The notes beneath the pieces are model-generated. The model had not been told where the DNA came from. It saw only the letters and a list, made by a program, of their open reading frames with translations, and did not search any database. DNA of 64,000 nt from Mobula hypostoma. Its lineage: Eukaryota. The stretch is from NCBI RefSeq assembly GCF_963921235.1, contig NC_086108.1, positions 29,018,001 through 29,082,000 on the forward strand, given 5' to 3'. This document shows, piece by piece, positions 11,037 through 24,160 of the stretch. Numbering within the stretch: position 1 is the first letter of the stretch; each line of letters starts with the position of its first letter. The position numbers and the translations under genes were made by a program.

Positions 11037-14000
11037 ATATGACCACAAGATAGAGAAGCAGAATTAGAATTAGGCCATTTGGCCCATCGAGTCTGCTCCA
11101 CCATTCCATCATGGCTGATCCCAGATCCCACTCAACCCCATACACCTGCCTTCTCACCTTTGGTGCCCTGACCGATCAGGAAACAATCAACTTCTGCCTT
11201 AAATATACCCATGGACTTGGCCTCTACCAGAGTTTGTGGCAGAACATTCCACAGATTCACTAATTCCTCCTTCACTCTGTTCTATAGGGCCATTCCTCAA
11301 TTTTGAGGCTGTGCCCTCTGGCTCTGGATACCCCCATCATAAGAAACATCCTCTCCACATCCACTCTATCTTGTCCTTTCAACATTCGGTAGGTTTCAAT
11401 GAGAACCCTCCACACCCCCCCGCCCCCCCATATTCTTCTGAATTCCGGTGAGTACAGGCCCAAAACTGCCAAATGCTCCTCATATGTTAACCCCTGCATT
11501 TCCAAAATCATTCTCGTGAACTTCCACTGAACTCTCTCCAATGACAACACATCCTTTCTGAGATATGGGGCCCAGAACTGTTGACAATACACTGTCTGGC
11601 CTGACCAGTGTCTTATAAAGGTTCAGCATTATCTCCTTGCTTTTATATTCTATTCCCTTTGAAATAAATGCCAACATTGCATTTGCCTTCATTACCACAC
11701 ACTTTGCCTGTAAATGAACCTTTTGGAGGTCTTGCATGAGGACGCTGAAGTCCCCCTGCACCTCTGGTGTTTGAAACTTCTCCCCAATTAGATAATAGTC
11801 TGCACTATTGTTCCTTTTACCAAAATGTGTTATCATACATTTCCCAACACTCTATTCCATCTGCTACATTTTTGCCCATTCTTCCAATTTGTCTAAGTCC
11901 TGCTGCAAAAGCATTGCTTCCACAGCACTACCTCCCCCTCCACCTATTTTCATATAGTCCACGAACTTTGCCACAAAGCCATCAATTCCATTATCTAAAT
12001 AATTGACCAACAATGTGAAAAGCAACAGTCCCAATACTGTTCCCTGAGGAAAACAACTAGTCACCAGGAGCCAACCAGAAAAGGCCCCTTTTATTCCCAC
12101 TCGTTGCCTCCTGCCTGTCAGCCATTCCGCTATCCATGCCAGTATCTTTCCTGTAATGCCAAAGGATTTTAAGCAGCTTCATGTGTGGCACCTTATCGAA
12201 TGCTTTCTGAAAATCCAAGTAAATGATATCCACTGCCTCTCCTTTGTCCACCCTGCTTGTTACTTCCTTGAAGAACTCTTAACAGATTTGTCAGGCATGA
12301 TTTCCCTTTACAGAAACCATGCTGACTTTCACTTATTTTATCATTAGTCTCCGAGTACCTCGAAACCTTATCCTAAATAATAGACTCCAACAATTTTCCT
12401 ACCACTGAGATTAGACTAACTGGCCTATAATTTCCTTTTTTTTTGCCATCCTCCCTTTTTAAAGAGTAGAATGACATTGGCAATCTTCTAGTCCTCCGGG
12501 ACCATGCCAGAATCAAGTCATTCTTGACAGATCATGACCAATGCATTAGTTATCTCTTCAGCAACCTCTCTCAGGACTCTGGAATGTAGTCTATCTGGCC
12601 CAGGTGACTTATCCACCTTAAGTACTTTGAGTTTGCCTTGCACTTTTTCCTTTGCAATAGCAATGGCACTCACTCCTGCTCCCTAACACTCAGGGATCTC
12701 TGGCACACTGCTGGTGTCTTCCACAGCAAAGACGATTGCAAAGTACCTATTAGGTTCATCTGCTATTTCTTTATCCCCCATTACTACCTCACCAGTATCA
12801 TTTTCCAGTGGTGCAATATCAACTCTCACCTCCCTTTTACTCTTTATATAACTGGAGAAACTTTTGGTATCCTGCTTTATATTACTGGCCACTCTGCCCA
12901 TATATTTCATCTTTTCCCTTCTTAAATAGTTTCTTAGTTGCCTTGTGTTGGATTTTAAAAGCCTCCCAGTCATCCAACTTCCCATTCACTTTTACTACCT
13001 TATATGCCCTTTCCTTGGCTCTTATGCAGTCCTTAACTTCCTTTGTGCTGTGCAGGAGCTTTTGGAAAGCATCAAGTTGGATGAATCACCGGGACTGGAC
13101 GAGATGTACCCCAGGCCATTGTGGGAGGTGAGGGAGGAGAATGCTGAGCCTCTGGTGATGATCTTTGCTTTATCAATGGGGACAGGAGAGGTTCCAGAGG
13201 ATTGGAGGGTTGCGGATGTTGTTCCATTATTCAAGAAAGGGAGTACTGATAGCTCAGGAAATTTTAGATCAGTGGGTTTTACTGTAGTGGTTGGTAAGTT
13301 GTTGGAGAAGATCCTGAGAGGCAGGATTTATGAACATTTGGAGAGGCATAATATGATTAGGAATAGTCAGCATGGCTTTGTCAAAGGCAGGTCATGCTGT
13401 AAGAGCCTGATTGAATTTTTTGAGGATGTGACTAAACACATTGATGAAGGTAGAGCAGTAGATGTAGTGTACATGGATTTCAGCAAGGCATTTGACAAGG
13501 TACCCCATGCAAGGCTTATTGAGAAAGTAAGGAGGCATGGGATCCAAGGGGACATTGCTTTGTGGATCAAGAACTGGTTTGCCCACAGAAGGCAAAGGGT
13601 GGTTGTAGACAGGTCATGTTCTGCATGGAGGTCGGTGACCAGTGAAGTGCCTCAGAGATCTGTTCTGGGACTCCTGCTCTTCATGATTTTTATAAATGAC
13701 CTGGTTGAAGAAGTGGAGGGATGGGTTAGTAAATTTGCTGATGACACAAAGGTTGGGGTTGTTGTGGATAGTGTGGAAGGCTGTCAAAGGTTACCGCGGG
13801 ACATTGATAGGATGCAAAACTGGGCTGAGAAGTGGCAGATGGAGTTCAACCCAGGTAAGTGTGAGGTAGTTTATTTTGGTAGGTCAAATATGATGACAGA
13901 ATATAGTATTAATGGTAAGGCTCTTGGAAGTGTGGAGGATCAGAGGGATCTTGGGGTCCGAGTCCATAGGACACTCAAAGCAGCTGCGCAGGTTGACTCT

Positions 14001-16526
14001 GTGGTTAAGAAAGCATACAGTACATTGGCCTTCATCAATCATGAGATTGAGTTTAGGAGCCAAGAGGTAATGCTGCAGTTATATAAGACCCTGGTCAGAC
14101 CCCACTTGGAGTAGTGTGCTCAGTTCTGGTCGCCTCACTGCAGGAAGGATATGAAAACCATAGAAAGGGTGCAGAGGAGATTTACAAGGATGTTGCCTGG
14201 ATTGGGGAGCTTGCCTTATGAGAATAGGTTGAGTGAACTCAGCGTTTTTTCCTTGGAGCGACGGAGGCTGAGGGGTGACCTGATAGAGGTGTATAAGATG
14301 ATGAGAGGCAATGATCGTGTGGATGGTCAGAGGCTTTTTCCCAGGGTTAAAATGGCTAGCAAAAGAGGGCACAGTTTTAAGGTGCTTGGAGGTAGGTAGA
14401 GAGGAGATATCAAGGGTAAGTTTTTTACGCAGAGAGTGGTGAGTGCGTGGAATGGGCTGCCAGCGACGGTGGAGGAGGTGGATACGATAGGGCCTTTTAA
14501 GAGACTCCTGGACAGGTATATGGAGCTCAGAAAAATAGAGGGCCATGGGTAACCCTAGGTAATTTCTCAGGTAAGGACATGTTCGGCACAGCTTTGTGGT
14601 GTAGGTTTTCTATGTTTCTGTGTTTTGTCAGCCACGGTTGCCTACCCCTGTCACTTGAGAACTTCTTCCTCTGTGGGACATAGCTATCCTGTGCCTTGTG
14701 AACTGTTCCCAGAAACATCAGCCACCTGTGCTCTGCCATCATCTCCACCAGTATGCTCCTCCAATCCACCTGGGCAAGCTCCTCTCTCATTCCTCTGTAA
14801 TTCCCTTTATTCCTTTGTGATACTGATACATATGTCGCATGCTTCTCCCTCTCTAACTGTAGTATGAATTCAATCATATTATGATCACTATTTCCTAAGG
14901 GTTCCTTTATATTAGGCTTCCTAGTAAGATCTGGGTTATTACATCTCTTACCAACAAAGCCACACTGCTGCCTATGCCTTCCTTCCTATCCTTTTGATAC
15001 AAAGTATATCCTTTGATGTTAAGCACCCAACCATGACCTTGGTTCAGCCATGACTCAGTGATGCCCACAACATCATACCAACCATTCTCTAATTGTACCA
15101 CGTTTGTCCACCTTATTCCTAATGCTACACACATTTAAATACAGCACCTTCAGTCCTGCGTTCTTTACCCTTTTGAATTTTGCCTCTGTGGTACAATTTA
15201 ACTCTTTGCTCTGTCTGCATTTGTATCAAATCATTGGCTTGTCCTTCTTCACATTCATGTTATACTCATCATCCACTTGTAAGCCTGCTGGCTCATCCTC
15301 ATCTCTATCAAGCTGGTTCCCAGCCCCCTGCCATATTAGTTTAAACCACTCCCAACAGCTCTTGTAAATCTGCCCTCAAGAATATTGGTCCCCCTCAGAT
15401 CCAAGTGCTGCCCATCCTTTTTGTACAGGTCCCTCCTGCCCCAGAAGAGGTCTCAATTATCCAGAAATCTGAGTCTCTGACCCCTGCTCCAATTCTTCAG
15501 CCACACATTTATCTGCCACCTCATTCTATTCCTATCCTCGCTGTCACATGGCACAGGCAGCAATCCCGAGATTACTACCTTTGAGATCCTGCTTCTCAGC
15601 TTCCTTCCTAACTTTCTACGTTCTTTTTTCAGGACCTCCTCCCTTTTTCTTTCTATGTTTTGGTATTAATATGTACCACAACTTCTGGCTGCTCACCCAA
15701 CCTTTTCAGGATATTGTGGATGCATCCAGAAACATCTCAGAGCCTGGCACCTGGAAGGCAAACTACCATCCGTCTTTCCCTTTGCATCCACTGAATGGCC
15801 TATCTGTCCCCCGGACTATACGGTACCCTATAACTGCTGTCATCCTCTTCTGTTCCCTACCCTTCTGTGTCACAGGGGCCAGACTCAGTGCCAGAGGCAC
15901 GGCTGCTGTTGCTTCTCCGAGGCAGGTCATCCCCCCACCCCAAACATTACTCAAAATGGACTATTTATTATTGAGGGGGATGGCTACAGGAGTGCTCCCC
16001 ATTATCTGATTTTCCCCCTCCCCTCTCCTGACAGTCACCCATTTATCTGTCTCCTGTAGCCTTGGGGTGACTACCTCCCTGTAATTCCTGTCTATCACTG
16101 CCTCACTTTCACTAACAAGCTGAAGGTTATCGAGCTGCACCTCCAGTTGCCTAACACGATTTCTAAGGAGCTGCAGCTCGATGCATCTGGTGCAGACGTG
16201 GCCATCGGCGAGGCTGGAAGTCTCCTGGACATCCCACATCTGACACCCAGAACAGAACACTGGCTCTGTAGTCACATCCCCTTTTCTCTCTGGAGCTGAC
16301 TAAGAAATAAGGAATGAGCTTACCTAGAATCTGCCTGTACTCACTGAAGCCCTGTTGAGCCAAAGCCTTCCTACTGTGACTTGGACTACTCCAACGATGA
16401 CTGCTTCCATGATGATTGCTCCGCTTGGCCGTACCTCTCTTTTATAGAGACTGGGTTTCCTGTCGAAAATCTTTGTCGGACATGTGTGGGAATGCTCCGG
16501 CTGTATCTGTGCGGTTTTCCAATCAA
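11037..16526 (-). mobile_element. near full-length, frameshifted CR1 LINE (ORF1 zinc finger/SGNH esterase, ORF2 APE + RT), interrupted by 13047-14623
   Basis: ORF1 CSGCQMW...CTRCIELQLL (15961-16275) and AVIGYRIVRGTDRPF (15763-15954); APE YDVVGITESWL (14907-15134); RT YLDFQKAFDKVPH, KFVDYMK. TGACC TSD at 11032-11036/16527-16531 splits an old PLE repeat. Confidence 0.9.
13047..14623 (+). mobile_element. 5'-truncated CR1 LINE inserted antisense into the older CR1
   Basis: ORF 12945-14114 has an RT domain (YMDFSKAFDKVPH, KFADD); TTTGT TSD at 13042-13046/14624-14628; host reads through as TTCCTTTGT|CAGCCACGG. Confidence 0.95.
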
Positions 16527-17123
16527 TGACCTGCTGATTGTTTTCAGAATTCTCTTTTAGTTTGATCTGAATGATGAATCAGAACTTACTTTAAAAAAAT
16601 GGATTACTGTGTAACATAGTGGAGGGAGGCATCGATATCCAACCAAAATGTTTGTTGACTTCTTGAGAATGTTCGAGATTCAGAACTACAGAATAAAAAA
16701 ACGTCTAATTCCTCACATTGCTCTGAGCATCTTCTTATACTTCTGCCAGGATTTCTCTTTTTGAACAAGATATATCACAGTTTGAAGTAAAGTTAGGGGG
16801 AAAGAAAGCAACCGTTAATTGATTTGGAGCATAATTAAATTGCAGCGATAACTCCCGTTGTAATACGTTAGTTTTAAGGATTAAGCTGACAGTTAGTGCT
16901 TTCAGTTCACAAAGCATTCTTAACACTGTTAATGATTTTCTTAGATTCATTTCATAGTCACTAAGACATCAAACTGATATTGAATATCATCTGTCATCAC
17001 CTTACTCAGGGAACTTGATATGGTGTAACAATACGAGCTGAACTCAACAGTAGTACATTATCCAGCATGGGCTGATCCTTTCCAATACGTACTAAATGGG
17101 TAGTCAAGTAGTTGAAGTTATTA

Positions 17124-17755
17124 AAAAGTCCTTCCAGGTGAGGCAAAACTTCACCTGTGAATCAGCAAGGTTTGTCTATTGTGTTTGGTGCTCACGATCC
17201 AGCCTGCTCGGCATGAGTGAGACCCATTGTAAATTGGGAGACTGCTTCATCAAGAACTTGCACTCCATCTGCTTAAAGCGGAACTTCCCTGTGGCCAAAC
17301 ATGTTAATTCCCATTCCCATTCTTGTTCTGACATGTTGGTCCGCTCAGGGCGAGGAGCAATTCCTTAAATTCTGTCTGGATAGCCTCCAACCTGTTGGCA
17401 TGAATATTGATTTCTCCTTCCAGTAAAAGAAATTCCCTCATCCTCCCCTCTTCTTCTATTCCCTATGCTGTCCCCTTACCTCTTCTCACCTGTCTGTGAC
17501 CTTCCCTGGGTTGCCCTCCTCCTCCCCTTTCTCTTACAATCCATTCTCCTCTCCTATCACATTCCTTCTTTCCAATTTAACTGGCTTCACCTTCACCTTT
17601 TAACTATCCTCCTTCCCCTCTCTTTTTTATTCAGGCTTCTTCCCTCTTCTTTTCCAGTCCTGAAGAAAGTTGTCAGTCTGAAACATCAACTGTTTATTCA
17701 TTTCCATAGATGCTGCCTGACCTGTTGAGTTCTTCCAGCATTTTGTGTGTGTTAT
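17124..17755 (+). mobile_element. Penelope-like element 3' part (GIY-YIG relic + terminal repeat)
   Basis: SFQVRQNFTCESARFVYCVWCSR...ETHCKLGDCF; pyrimidine-rich 3'UTR; degenerate hammerhead-like GTCCTGAAGAAAGTTGTCAGTCTGAAACATCAACTG near 17657-17692. Confidence 0.85.
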
Positions 17756-17914
17756 TTGATGATAGCCAAGCATAAGTGACATCAGTAAAATCTATTCATT
17801 GATGACTATCATAAGGAATTATGCTAAGGGATATGGTATTTATTTTATGACCAGTGATGCACCATAAGTTATTGGATGAACATCTTACTGTTTTCTATAT
17901 CCATTAATGATTAG

Positions 17915-18825
17915 AATAGAAATGTAGGAAAATGGTCAGTAAGTTTGGAAATGACATGAAAATTGATTGTGTTGTTGATAGTGAGGAGAGCAGCTGTAGG
18001 CCGTGTGTTGATATTGATCAGTGGTGTTTTTGATATTGAGGAGGATAGATGCAGCCCACAGGTTGTGTCATTACTAGTAAGGAGGAAAGTTGTAGGTCTC
18101 AGGATGATATTGATCATTTAGTAAATTGGGCAGAACAATAGCAGGTGGAATGTAACCCTAATAATTGTGAGGTGATGCATTTTGAGAAGAATAATAAGTA
18201 TAGGACATACATTATGAATGGTAGCGCCCTGGAGAATGTAAAGGAACAGGGTAACCTTTCTGCACTGGTACAAAGATCCCTAAAGACGATAGCAGAGTAG
18301 ACAAGGTGGCAAAGAAGACATTCTGAATACCTGACTTCACTTTAACCATAGGATATAAGAGCGGGGGGTTTGGGGTTCTCATTTGGTCAGACTATGTATG
18401 GAATACTATGTTCATTGCTGTTTGCCAGGCTATAGAAAGGACTTGATTGCACTGGAAAGGGTGCAGAGAAGATTGACCAGGATGGTGTCTGGCATGGAGC
18501 CTTTCAATAAGCATTGGTGGTGAAATAAGGATGCCTTTCTTTTTGTAGCAGTGGTGACTTGGTAGAGACGTACAAAATGATGGTAGGCATAGATAGGGTA
18601 GGTAATGGGAAACTTCTTCCCATGTCTGAAACTGGAAGGGCATAGGCTTAGGGCAAAGGTTAAAAGCTTTGGAGGGATTCAGAGGAAGAGGTATTTTATA
18701 CCCAGATGAGTGTTGAAATTTGGAACACACTGTCTGTGTGGGTGATGGAGGCAGAGACCCCAATAATATTTAAGAAGTATCTCAATGAACTCTTATGTAT
18801 AGGCTATGGAACAGATGTTGGTATT
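17915..18825 (+). mobile_element. old CR1 LINE 3' fragment; tail resumes at ~22330-22372 and 22924-22970
   Basis: Decayed KFADD, W..EFN..KCEV.HF and LERVQRR motifs; tail GGACTGAAGGGCCTG after the hAT element. Confidence 0.75.
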
Positions 18826-21800
18826 CCAAAAATGAAGAAATACTCAAATGGTAAAAGAGTACAACTGTGGCTGACAGGGCAAATCAAAGCTATTGTAGAA
18901 GCAAAAGAAAGGGTATACAATAAAGCAAAAATTAGTGGGAAGGTAGAGGATTGGGAAGTCTCTAAAAACCTACAGAGAGCAACTAAAAAAAATTTAGAAG
19001 GCAAAAGATGAAATACGAAAGCAAGCTGGCAAATAATATCAAAGTGGATAGTAGAAGCTTTTTCAAGTATGTTAACAATACAAGAGAAATGAGAGTGAAT
19101 ATAGGACTGCTAGAAAATGAGGCAGGGGAAATAATAACGGGAGACAAGGAGATGGCTGATAAACTAAATGAGTATTTTGTGTCATTCTTCACTATGGAGG
19201 ACACTAGCAGTATGCCTGATGCTGTAGTGTGTGAAGGAAGAGAAGTGGGTGCAGTTACTGTTACAAGAGAGAAGGTGCTGAAAAAGCTGAGAGGTCTAAA
19301 GGTACATAAGTCACCCAGACCGGATGAACTGCATCCTAGGGTTCTGAAAGAGGCAGCATTAGAGATTGTGGTGGCACTAGAAATTATCTTTCAAAAATCA
19401 TTGGACTCTGGCATGGTGTCAGAGGACTGGAAAATTGCAAATGTTACTCCACTCCTTAAGAAAGCAGGAAGGCAGCAGAAAGGAAATTATAGACCAGTTA
19501 GCCTGACCTCAGTGGTTGGGAAGACGTTAGAGTCAATTGTTAAGTATGAGGTGATGGAATACTTGGTGACACAGGACAACATAGTATAAAGTCAGCATGG
19601 TTTCCTTCTGGGAAAATCCTGCCTGATGAAACTATTGGAATTCTTTGAGGAGATTACAAGTAGGATAGATAACGGGGATGCAGTGTGTGTTGTATATTTG
19701 GACTTTCAGAAGGGCTTCAACAAGGTGCCACACATGAGGTTGCTTACCAAGTTAAGAGCCCATAGTATTACAGGAAAGTTACTAACATGGTTAGAGCATT
19801 GGCTGATTGGTAGGATTCAGAGTGGGAATAAAAGAATCCTTTTCTGGTTGGCTGTCAGTGACTCGTGGTTTTCCGCAGGGGTCGGTGTTAGGATGACTTC
19901 TTCTTATGCTGTATATAAATGATTTAGATGATGGAATAGATGGCTTTGTTGCCAAGTTTGCAGATGATATGAAGATTGGTGGAGAGGTATGTAATGTTGA
20001 GGAAACAGGTAGAATGCAGAAGGACTTAGATTAGGAGAATGGGCAAGAAAGTAACAAATGAAATACAATGTTGGAAAATGCATGGTCAAGTACTTTGGTA
20101 GTAGAAATAAATGTGTGGAATATTTTCTAAATGGGGAGAAAATCCAGGAATCTGAAATGCAGAGGGACTTGGGACTCCTTGTGCAGAACACCCTAAAGGT
20201 TAACTTGCAGATTGAGTCGGTGGTGAGGAAGGCAAATGCCATGTTAGCAATCATTTCAAGAGGTCTAGAATACAAGAGCAAGGATATGGTGCTGAGGCTT
20301 TATAAAACACTGGTGAGGCCTCACCTTGGGTATTGTGAACAGTTTTGGGCCCCTCATCTTAGAAAAGATGTGCTGGCATTGGAGAGGTTCCAGAGGAGGT
20401 TCACAAGGATGATTCCAAGAATGAAAGGGTTATCATACAAAGAACGTTTGATGGCTCTGTGTCTGTACTTGCTGGAATTCAGCAGGATGAGGGGGGATCT
20501 CATTGAAACCTTTTGAATGTTGAAAGGCCTAGACAGAGTAGATGTGGATAGGATGTTTCCCATGGTGTGAGAGTCTAGGACAAGAGGGCACAGCCTCAGG
20601 ATAGAGGGGCACCCTTTCAAAACAGAGATGCTGAGAAATTTTTTTAGGCGGCAGGTGATGAATTTGTGGAATTGGTTGCCACATGCAAATGTTACTCTGC
20701 TATTTAAGAAGGGTGGGAGGCAGCAGAAAGGAAACTATAGACCTGTTAGCCTGACATCAGTGGTTGTGAAGTTGTTGGAATCAACTGTTAGGGATGAGAT
20801 TACAGAGTAATCACATGACAAGATAGGCCAAAGCCAGGATGGTTTCCTGAAAGTAAAATCCTGCCTGACTAACCTACTGCAATTCTTTGAGGAAATTACA
20901 AGCAGGGTAGACAAAGGAGATGTAGTAGATGTGGTGTACTTGGACTTTCAGAAGGCCTTTGACAAGGTGCCGCAAATAAGGCTGCTGAGCAAGAAAGAGC
21001 CTGTGGAATTACAGGGTACTTACTAGCATGGCTGGAGCATTGGCTGGTAGGCAAAAAACAGAGAGTGTGAATAAAGGGATTCCATTCTGGCTGGCTGTCG
21101 GTTACCAGTGGAGTTCCATAGGGTCAGTGTTGGGACTGCTACTTTTTACAATGTATGTCAATGATTTGGAGTATGGTATTAATGGATTTGTGACTAACTT
21201 TGCCAATGATACAAAGATAGGTGGAGGAATGGGTAGTGTTAAGGAAACAGAGAGCATGCAGAGGGATTTAGCTAGTTTAGGGGAATGGGCAAAGAAGTGG
21301 CAAATGAAATACAATGTTGGAAAGTGTATAGTCATGCACTTTGGTGGAAGAAATAAACGGGCAGACTATTATTTAGATGGGGAGGGAATTCAAAATGTAG
21401 AGATACAAAGGGACTTGGGAGTCCTTATGCAAGACACCCTAAAGGTTAACCTCCAGATTGAATTGGTTGTGGGGAAGGTGAATGCAATGTTGGCATTCAT
21501 TTCTAGAGATATAGAATATAAGAGCAGGGATATGATGTTGAGGCTCTATAAGGCACTTGTGAGACCACACTTGGAGTACTGTGTGCAATTTTGGGCTCCT
21601 TATTTTAGAAAGGATATACTGACATTGGAGACGGTTCAGAGAAGATTCACAAGAATGATTCCAGGAATGAAAGGGTTACTGTATGAGGAATGTCTGACAG
21701 CTCTTGAGCTGTATTCCTTGGAGTTCAGGAGAATGAGGGGGGATCTTATAGAAACATTCCGAATGTTAAAAGGCCTGAACTGATTAGATATGGCAAAGTT

Positions 21801-22329
21801 ATTTCCCATGGTAGGGGATTCTAGGACAAGAGGGCACGACTTCAGGGTTGAAGAACATCCATTTAGAACTAAGATGCGGAGAAATTACTTTAGTCAGGAG
21901 ATGGTAAATCTGTAGAATTTGTTGCCACGAGCGGCTGTGGAGGCCAAGTCATTGGGTGTATTTAAGGCAGAGATAGATAGATTCTTGATTAGCCAGGGCT
22001 TCAAAGTTTATGGGGTGAAGGCAGAGGAGTGGGGATGACTGGAAGAATTGGATCAGCCCCCATGATTGAATGGGGTAGCAGACTTGGGCTGAATGGTCTA
22101 CTTCTGCTCCTATATCTTATAGCTGTGGAGGCCAGGTCATTGGATGTATTTAAGGCAGAGGTTGATAGGTTCTTGATTGGACATGGCATCAAAGGTTATG
22201 GGGAGAAGGCCAGAAGCTGGGGTTGAGGAGGAGATAGGAAAAAAGGATCAGCCATGATTGAAAGACGGAGCAGACTTGATGGACCAGATGGCCTAATTAT
22301 GCTCCTATGTCTTATGGTCTTATGGTCTA
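18826..22329 (+). mobile_element. CR1 LINE ORF2 3' part, interrupted by a second CR1 at 20688-22120
   Basis: ORFs 19008-19589, 19626-19922 and 20058-20516 (EDWKIANVTPL.KK...NYRPVSLTS, YLDFQKGFNKVPH); TTGCCACATGCA|GCTGTGGAGGCC continues at 22121; (TTATGGTC)n tail. Confidence 0.9.
20688..22120 (+). mobile_element. nested 5'-truncated CR1 LINE, same orientation as host
   Basis: Second RT copy starting at ANVTLLFKKG; ORF 21028-21783; own 3'UTR ending CTGCTCCTATATCTTAT. Confidence 0.9.
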
Positions 22330-22372
22330 ATCAGGGTTAGGGTAAATGTATATCCATGGTCATCATATGGTG

Positions 22373-22923
22373 CAGGGATCCCCAACCTTTTTTGCATTGT
22401 GGACCGGTTTAATATTGACAATATTCTCACAGATCGGCCAACTGGGGGGGGGGGGGGCGGGTGGTGTTCAAGTAGGGTTTCCAACTTTCTTACTCCCAAA
22501 TAAGGGACAAAAGTAGCAGTCAAATATGGGACACTTGTGTTTACCCCAAGAAAGGCTATCATGACCATGAAGACTTGCGCGGGCACCTGTGTGCGCATAC
22601 GTGACGTGCGCATGTGTGTATGTGCTGATTTTTTTTCTACTAATCAGTTTTGGCTTAATCTTCCCGATTCTGTTAAGTGAAACTACACTGTACATACATT
22701 ACTTCTACTTTATATAGGCTATGTATTTATCATATCATTCCTACTGTATGTTATTTTAAGTTTTATGTGTTATTTGGTATGATTTGGTAGATTATTTCAA
22801 GTTCAACAGTGCATGACAGGGAATGAGGAAAGGTGCAGCTGACTCATGTAACTTCATATCACCAAATCATTTCCTCGCAGCCTGGTAGCACATGCTTTGC
22901 GGCCCGGTAGTTAGGGACCACTG
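22373..22923. mobile_element. non-autonomous hAT (Charlie-like) DNA transposon
   Basis: Perfect 8-bp TSD ATATGGTG (22365-22372/22924-22931); TIRs CAGGGATCCCCAACC / TAGTTAGGGACCACTG. Confidence 0.9.
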
Positions 22924-23539
22924 ATATGGTGGACTGAAGGGCCTGTTTTTATGTGGTTTGATTCTACAGCATGATTCTGTGATTAGTGGCACCTAAAGAA
23001 ATGAGAATAAAAGTTAACATTAACTAAATTGCTGTATATTGTTTAGTTGGCAAATGGTTTGACACAACTTAATGCTGAGATAGAAATCCTATCAATTTCC
23101 ATAATGATCCTCGAGACCAGACTACAATAATCCAGGAGGCAGTAAAAATGACCTGACTAAATGGGAGGCATCTGAACAGTGGGGGCTGTGATAACGATTA
23201 ACCCAAATTCACCCTCTACATCACTGACAAGTCAGCAGCTTCATGGTGCCTGCTAATTTCCATAAATTCAATCTGTAGTCACCAGTTCCCATACTGTTCT
23301 TTACTAGGACACAGGGCACGAGACGTTCATATCATTCATGCCTGGAATTACCAACAAATAGCCCGCAGAAAAGAGGAGGTGCATTGTGTCTGCTGATGGT
23401 ACTAAGATCAATCTGAATGCTGTGCTATGGAAGAAGCAATGATGGCTGGACATTGGTACAAATATTCTTCATAAACTGGCAATCACCAATCATTCTCTCA
23501 GGTACTTCACATTCACATGCATTGCTGCTTGAAAGTGCA

Positions 23540-24125
23540 CCTCCAGGCTCAATGGAAGCTTTTGTCCTGCTGTTATAAGACTGCTGAATGGGCCTCTTGT
23601 ACTCAAAGAGAGAATTCTTGTCCTCTCAACCTACCTTGTCATGGACCATGCACCTTACTGTGTACCTGCATCGAACTTTCTCTGTAATTGCAGCACTGTA
23701 TTTTGGGGCAGCATGGTAGCGTATGGCTAGCATGATGCTTTACAGTACCAACGACCCCGGTTCAATTCCCGCTGCTGCCTCTTAGTGGTTTGTACGTTCT
23801 CCTGTGACCGCATGGGTTTCCTCTCGGGGCTCACATTTCTTCCCACAGTCCAAAGACGTACTCGTTGTTAAGTTAATTGTTCATTGTACGTTGTCCCGTG
23901 GTTAGGCTAGGGTTAAATCAGGAGTTGCTGGGCAGTGTGGCTCCAAGGGCTGCAAGGGCCTATTCTGCACTGAATCTCAGAAAAATAATTTGTGCATTTT
24001 GTTATTGTTTTTCCCTTGTACCTCCTTGAAGTATTGTGTTTTGAAATGACCTGTATGGATGGCCTGGAAAACTAAGTTTTTCATTGTACTTTGGTACATG
24101 AGGCAATAATAAACCAAGTATCAAT
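23540..24125 (+). mobile_element. Rex1/Babar-like LINE 3' end, interrupted by a SINE
   Basis: CTCCAGGCTCAATGGAAGCTTTTGTCCTGCTGTTATAAGACTGCTGAATGG (RL..SF.PAVIRLLNG) plus 3'UTR homologous to 24740-25030. Confidence 0.7.
23705..23985 (+). mobile_element. HE1/V-SINE-like SINE
   Basis: GGGGCAGCATGGTAGCG head, B box GGTTCAATTCC, core TTTGTACGTTCTCCTGTGACCGCATGGGTTTCCTC; homologous to 3699-3990. Confidence 0.85.
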
Positions 24126-24160
24126 AACAATACTTGCACAGACACCACACCAAATCTTAA

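Noticed and set aside
12945..14114. 389-aa ORF as a functional gene
   Set aside because: RT of a 5'-truncated CR1; its N-terminus is read from the antisense host element and it ends at a premature stop.
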